Assembly (NCBI GenBank): GCA_010093605.1 | Contig: MU004187.1 | Span: forward strand, 372,001 to 436,000 | Reading direction: 5' to 3' | DNA: 64,000 nt | Origin: Lophium mytilinum | Lineage: Eukaryota | Shown: piece by piece, positions 61,021 to 64,000 of the stretch | Numbering within the stretch: the first letter of the stretch is position 1 | Layout: the number at the start of each line of letters is the position of its first letter | Notes under the pieces: model-generated | The model's database searches: none | The model's input: only the letters and a program-made list of their open reading frames with translations | What the model was told of the DNA's origin: nothing | Made by a program: the position numbers and the translations under genes

Positions 61021-62805
61021 ATGGACTCGCCAGCCTCTTCTACTAATTCCCTCAAAAGTCTGCTCGCCGAGCACCTTCCCAAAGATGTGCCCTTCACTTT
61101 TTACCACATCTCCACGCCGCCTTCCAAATCGCCTGCCCTCTTCTCCGCGCCGCCGCAATCCAAGCCTGAGCGAACTTATTGCGAATCCCACTTCCTCACC
61201 GTTTCGGTAACGCCTACGAGCACCGATTCCCACACTGAGCTCAGCAATGGCGGCGAGATGCTCATTCTGGCCATTGAGGTCTTGATCTACTCGACCAAGA
61301 AGCTCACTACTGTCTTTGTCTCAAAAGCCGACTCCACGGGCTGCATATCCGCTTTGAATCTGCCTAGAGCGCAGGCTGGGAGCCCGTTGAAGGCAATAAC
61401 AGGCGCATTTGTGGAATGGCTGGTCCATGAGAGGCAGAGGGCTGGCAAGAGGCTGGTGGTCAGCTTATTCGCGCGGGCGCAGGACCAGTATCTCTTCCCT
61501 GGAAGCGTGGAGAATGCGGAGAAGCATGTGCTGGACGATCGAGGGCTGATACGGTGGTGGTGTCGAGTGCTAGATCCACTTGTGAAGAGCTATGCGCCCG
61601 AGGCGGAGAAGAAGAGTTTGGGGCAGAAGCTGGCCGAGAGTGCTGGTACAAATGGGTATGCTGCGAATTCCAAGCTGGCGAGGAAGGAGCAAGACAAGAC
61701 GACAGCAAAGGGGTACCTTATCATCCCCGGTTTCGATGTCCATGAGACAATGCGCCATACTCCTTCCGCCTCGCAACAACCGCCACGCTGGACACCCTCC
61801 CATCCACTCCTACAACTCGCGCCGAACCCAGCGGCACCACCGCGTTGTTTAATACCACACTTTCCAGACGACCCCAAATCCCGCTTCTTAGATGAGCTGG
61901 ACGAGGAGCTTCCCGACCATGGCAGCGGCGCCATGAGTGAGCCTGGCGGGACACCCAGTCGCAGCAACGGCATGTGGAAAAGCGTCAAGAGTTTGGAACA
62001 GTTTTGGGACATGATGACATACAGACAGGAGTGCTCTTCTGGGCGCTGCGTAGGCTTTATATGGGTGGTTATCACGCCGCCACAGCCGTCGATCCCTGAA
62101 GACGATGAGGAACAAGAGGGAGAGTCGCAGTCGCAATCTCAGTCTCAATCCCAGTCCCAAAACGACTCCCAAAGCACCCTCTTATCCCCCAAGAAGCCTT
62201 CAAAGTCGCGCCGTCGAATATCCACCCGCTCTGGCCCAATCCCTCCCCGGCTCCCTCGCATAAAATCTGCCGTTTCCTCCCTCTCTAACCTCTCGTCATC
62301 ATCGTCCGCTTCGAATGGCCAATCCCAATCTCGCCTTCCTCCTGAATCAACGCCATTCTATCACTGGCCCGCCACCTCGCGTGGCGACCTCCTCTTCTCG
62401 CAAAAAGACTACGCCCGCGCCCTTGAAGTCCTTCTCCAGCAGAATCTCTCAACCCGCGCAGCGGCCGTACGGAGCTCCGGGGCATGGGTTAGGGAAGTAG
62501 GCGTATTGGCGGGTGTAGGCGCAGATGGATGGGGGTGGCGCGTCGTGGGGCGCAAGGAAGGGAGTAGCACTGCAAACGGAGCTACAGGAGGTGCTGTGAA
62601 CGTGCTGGGAGTGAGGAAGAAGAGGAGAGTAGATGAGGGTGGCGACAAGGGCGCAAAGAACGAGGAGGGAGAGGCAAACATCTTGGGCAGCGGTTTGGTG
62701 CGGAAGAAAGTCAAGGTAATGGAAGATGGAGAGACGAGCGGAAGTGCTGCTGGAGTCGATGTTCTTTCCGCGGGGCTAGTCAGGAAGAAAGCCAGACCAG
62801 CTTGA
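61021..62805 (+). CDS. RTT109: Histone H3K56 acetyltransferase Rtt109
   Basis: FVSKADSTG, SLFARAQDQYLFPGS..KHVLDDRGLIRWW, IPHFPDDPKSRFL and FWDMMTYRQEC. Confidence 0.93.
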   Translation: MDSPASSTNSLKSLLAEHLPKDVPFTFYHISTPPSKSPALFSAPPQSKPERTYCESHFLTVSVTPTSTDSHTELSNGGEMLILAIEVLIYSTKKLTTVFVSKADSTGCISALNLPRAQAGSPLKAITGAFVEWLVHERQRAGKRLVVSLFARAQDQYLFPGSVENAEKHVLDDRGLIRWWCRVLDPLVKSYAPEAEKKSLGQKLAESAGTNGYAANSKLARKEQDKTTAKGYLIIPGFDVHETMRHTPSASQQPPRWTPSHPLLQLAPNPAAPPRCLIPHFPDDPKSRFLDELDEELPDHGSGAMSEPGGTPSRSNGMWKSVKSLEQFWDMMTYRQECSSGRCVGFIWVVITPPQPSIPEDDEEQEGESQSQSQSQSQSQNDSQSTLLSPKKPSKSRRRISTRSGPIPPRLPRIKSAVSSLSNLSSSSSASNGQSQSRLPPESTPFYHWPATSRGDLLFSQKDYARALEVLLQQNLSTRAAAVRSSGAWVREVGVLAGVGADGWGWRVVGRKEGSSTANGATGGAVNVLGVRKKRRVDEGGDKGAKNEEGEANILGSGLVRKKVKVMEDGETSGSAAGVDVLSAGLVRKKARPA

Positions 62806-63875
62806 TAATATGGAAGAGAGGCGTATGGCTTTGGGCTTCAATTTCGCATCGATTTGAATTGAAAGGGAAGCTTGCATAGGGTTTGCACAGGATTTGCATA
62901 AGCCTCTGGGTTGCACGTCTTCTCCAATTGGGAGATGTTGACTGGATGCTAGTAATAACGACCTAATAAGAAAAGATTGTTTCTACGCAAAGCCCTCCCT
63001 GGATCTAAGATGCACATCCAAGTTGTTGTGATTCCCCTGAACAGTGATTGTTTCATCACGTGTTCGATATGAAGGCCCGTGCATTTGTGATATCGCGCTA
63101 TCATCCAACGGCAACTTCACTGATCAGCTTCTCTGAGTGGCGCTTGTAAACATCCCATAAACGCCGCCGAGCGGCTCGTGATGTTCTGCGGTCCTTCAAT
63201 CACTGGCCGCTGTCTTCAAAGCACCACTGCCGCAACCCGGGCTTGGCCAAAGCACTGGCCGATCTAGACATTCACGATCTCGATTCACGAACTGCACTCT
63301 CGATCACAGGCAACTTCTGCGGCCAAGGAATAGAGCGTCGCACTATGGCTAACAACGGCATTCTCAGGTGAGCAGAGAGGAGCTTGGTTTGCTCTCAAGG
63401 AAATGATATTCATAAATTCTCTCTATCAAAACGTTTGAAATGCGGATACCGCCAATGCTTGACTCTTTTTGGGAGGGTTTTTCTCCGTCAAATTCACTAC
63501 CAAGACTTAAGCCGTTGTCTAAGGCCGCTCGTTGCTATGCCGTCATCGCCGTGCAATTTCGTCCTCGCAGCCGGCGACTGCTCGAAGACGAAATATTCAC
63601 TGGCCACTGGGGCCCGCCGGAGCTGCTCTCGCGCCTCGAGTGGCCACCGCCATTGAATGCTCTTCGCGTCCCCCTCGCATATAAATACCACCTCCTCCTC
63701 TAACGAAGACACACTTTCACATCAACAACTACGCCTACCCCCAAATCAGTTTCCACCGCCAGCTGCCCCCAAGCAGCCAACAACCTCAAAACTGTCCTGA
63801 CCGTCACACTACTTGGTTTTGGCTGCTCGCGCCACCTTCGCCTATCCTTCAGCCAGCTGGAAGATCGCTTCCGTC

Positions 63876-64000
63876 ATGGCACCTTCCTACGGTACTATGA
63901 AACCTGTTGAGTTACGGTCTCGACTACGACAGCGCGGCCTTCCGGAATACGGGCGCAAGAAAGACATGGTGGAGAGACTGATGGGCTCAGATCTTGATCC
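63876..64000 (+). CDS. 5' part of a SAP-domain protein (truncated by window end)
   Basis: MAPSYGTMKPVELRSRLRQRGLPEYGRKKDMVERL matches the SAP pattern L+..L..RGL...G.K..L+.RL. A TATA-like catataaata lies at ~63678. Confidence 0.7.
   Translation, partial: MAPSYGTMKPVELRSRLRQRGLPEYGRKKDMVERLMGSDLD

Noticed and set aside
62122..62160. (Ser-Gln)n repeat in RTT109 and the duplicated [11 protein letters not shown] in the SRP54 tail
   Set aside because: These are ordinary low-complexity coding segments.

Overview
This is a gene-dense window from a filamentous ascomycete (Pezizomycotina; Dothideomycete-like, inferred from short CTAAC/CTGAC-branch introns and RIP damage). Bases 1-4264 are an AT-rich, RIP-destroyed LTR retrotransposon relic on the minus strand. 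A gag CCHC knuckle can be recovered by reversing RIP changes, and the relic ends in a tandem 67-bp hairpin repeat. The rest holds about 30 intron-containing genes, many in head-to-head pairs. Recognisable housekeeping genes are GluRS, AspRS, RPC25, RRP36, PGA2, SGT1, LCL2, NOP10, FMO, RRP15, SRP54 and RTT109. Accessory genes are mixed among them. The best candidates for undescribed biology are: (1) an RBR E3 ligase paired head-to-head with a divergent two-domain ubiquitin-like gene ending RLKGG-L; (2) a LysM plus roughly 7-TM membrane protein lying tail-to-tail with a variant PTP-like phosphatase; (3) three dispersed coiled-coil paralogs sharing a distinctive motif; (4) an alpha/beta-hydrolase-NACHT-ankyrin NLR-like gene; and (5) a small TIR-bounded MITE-like element. 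Exon boundaries were read by eye and no database searches were run.
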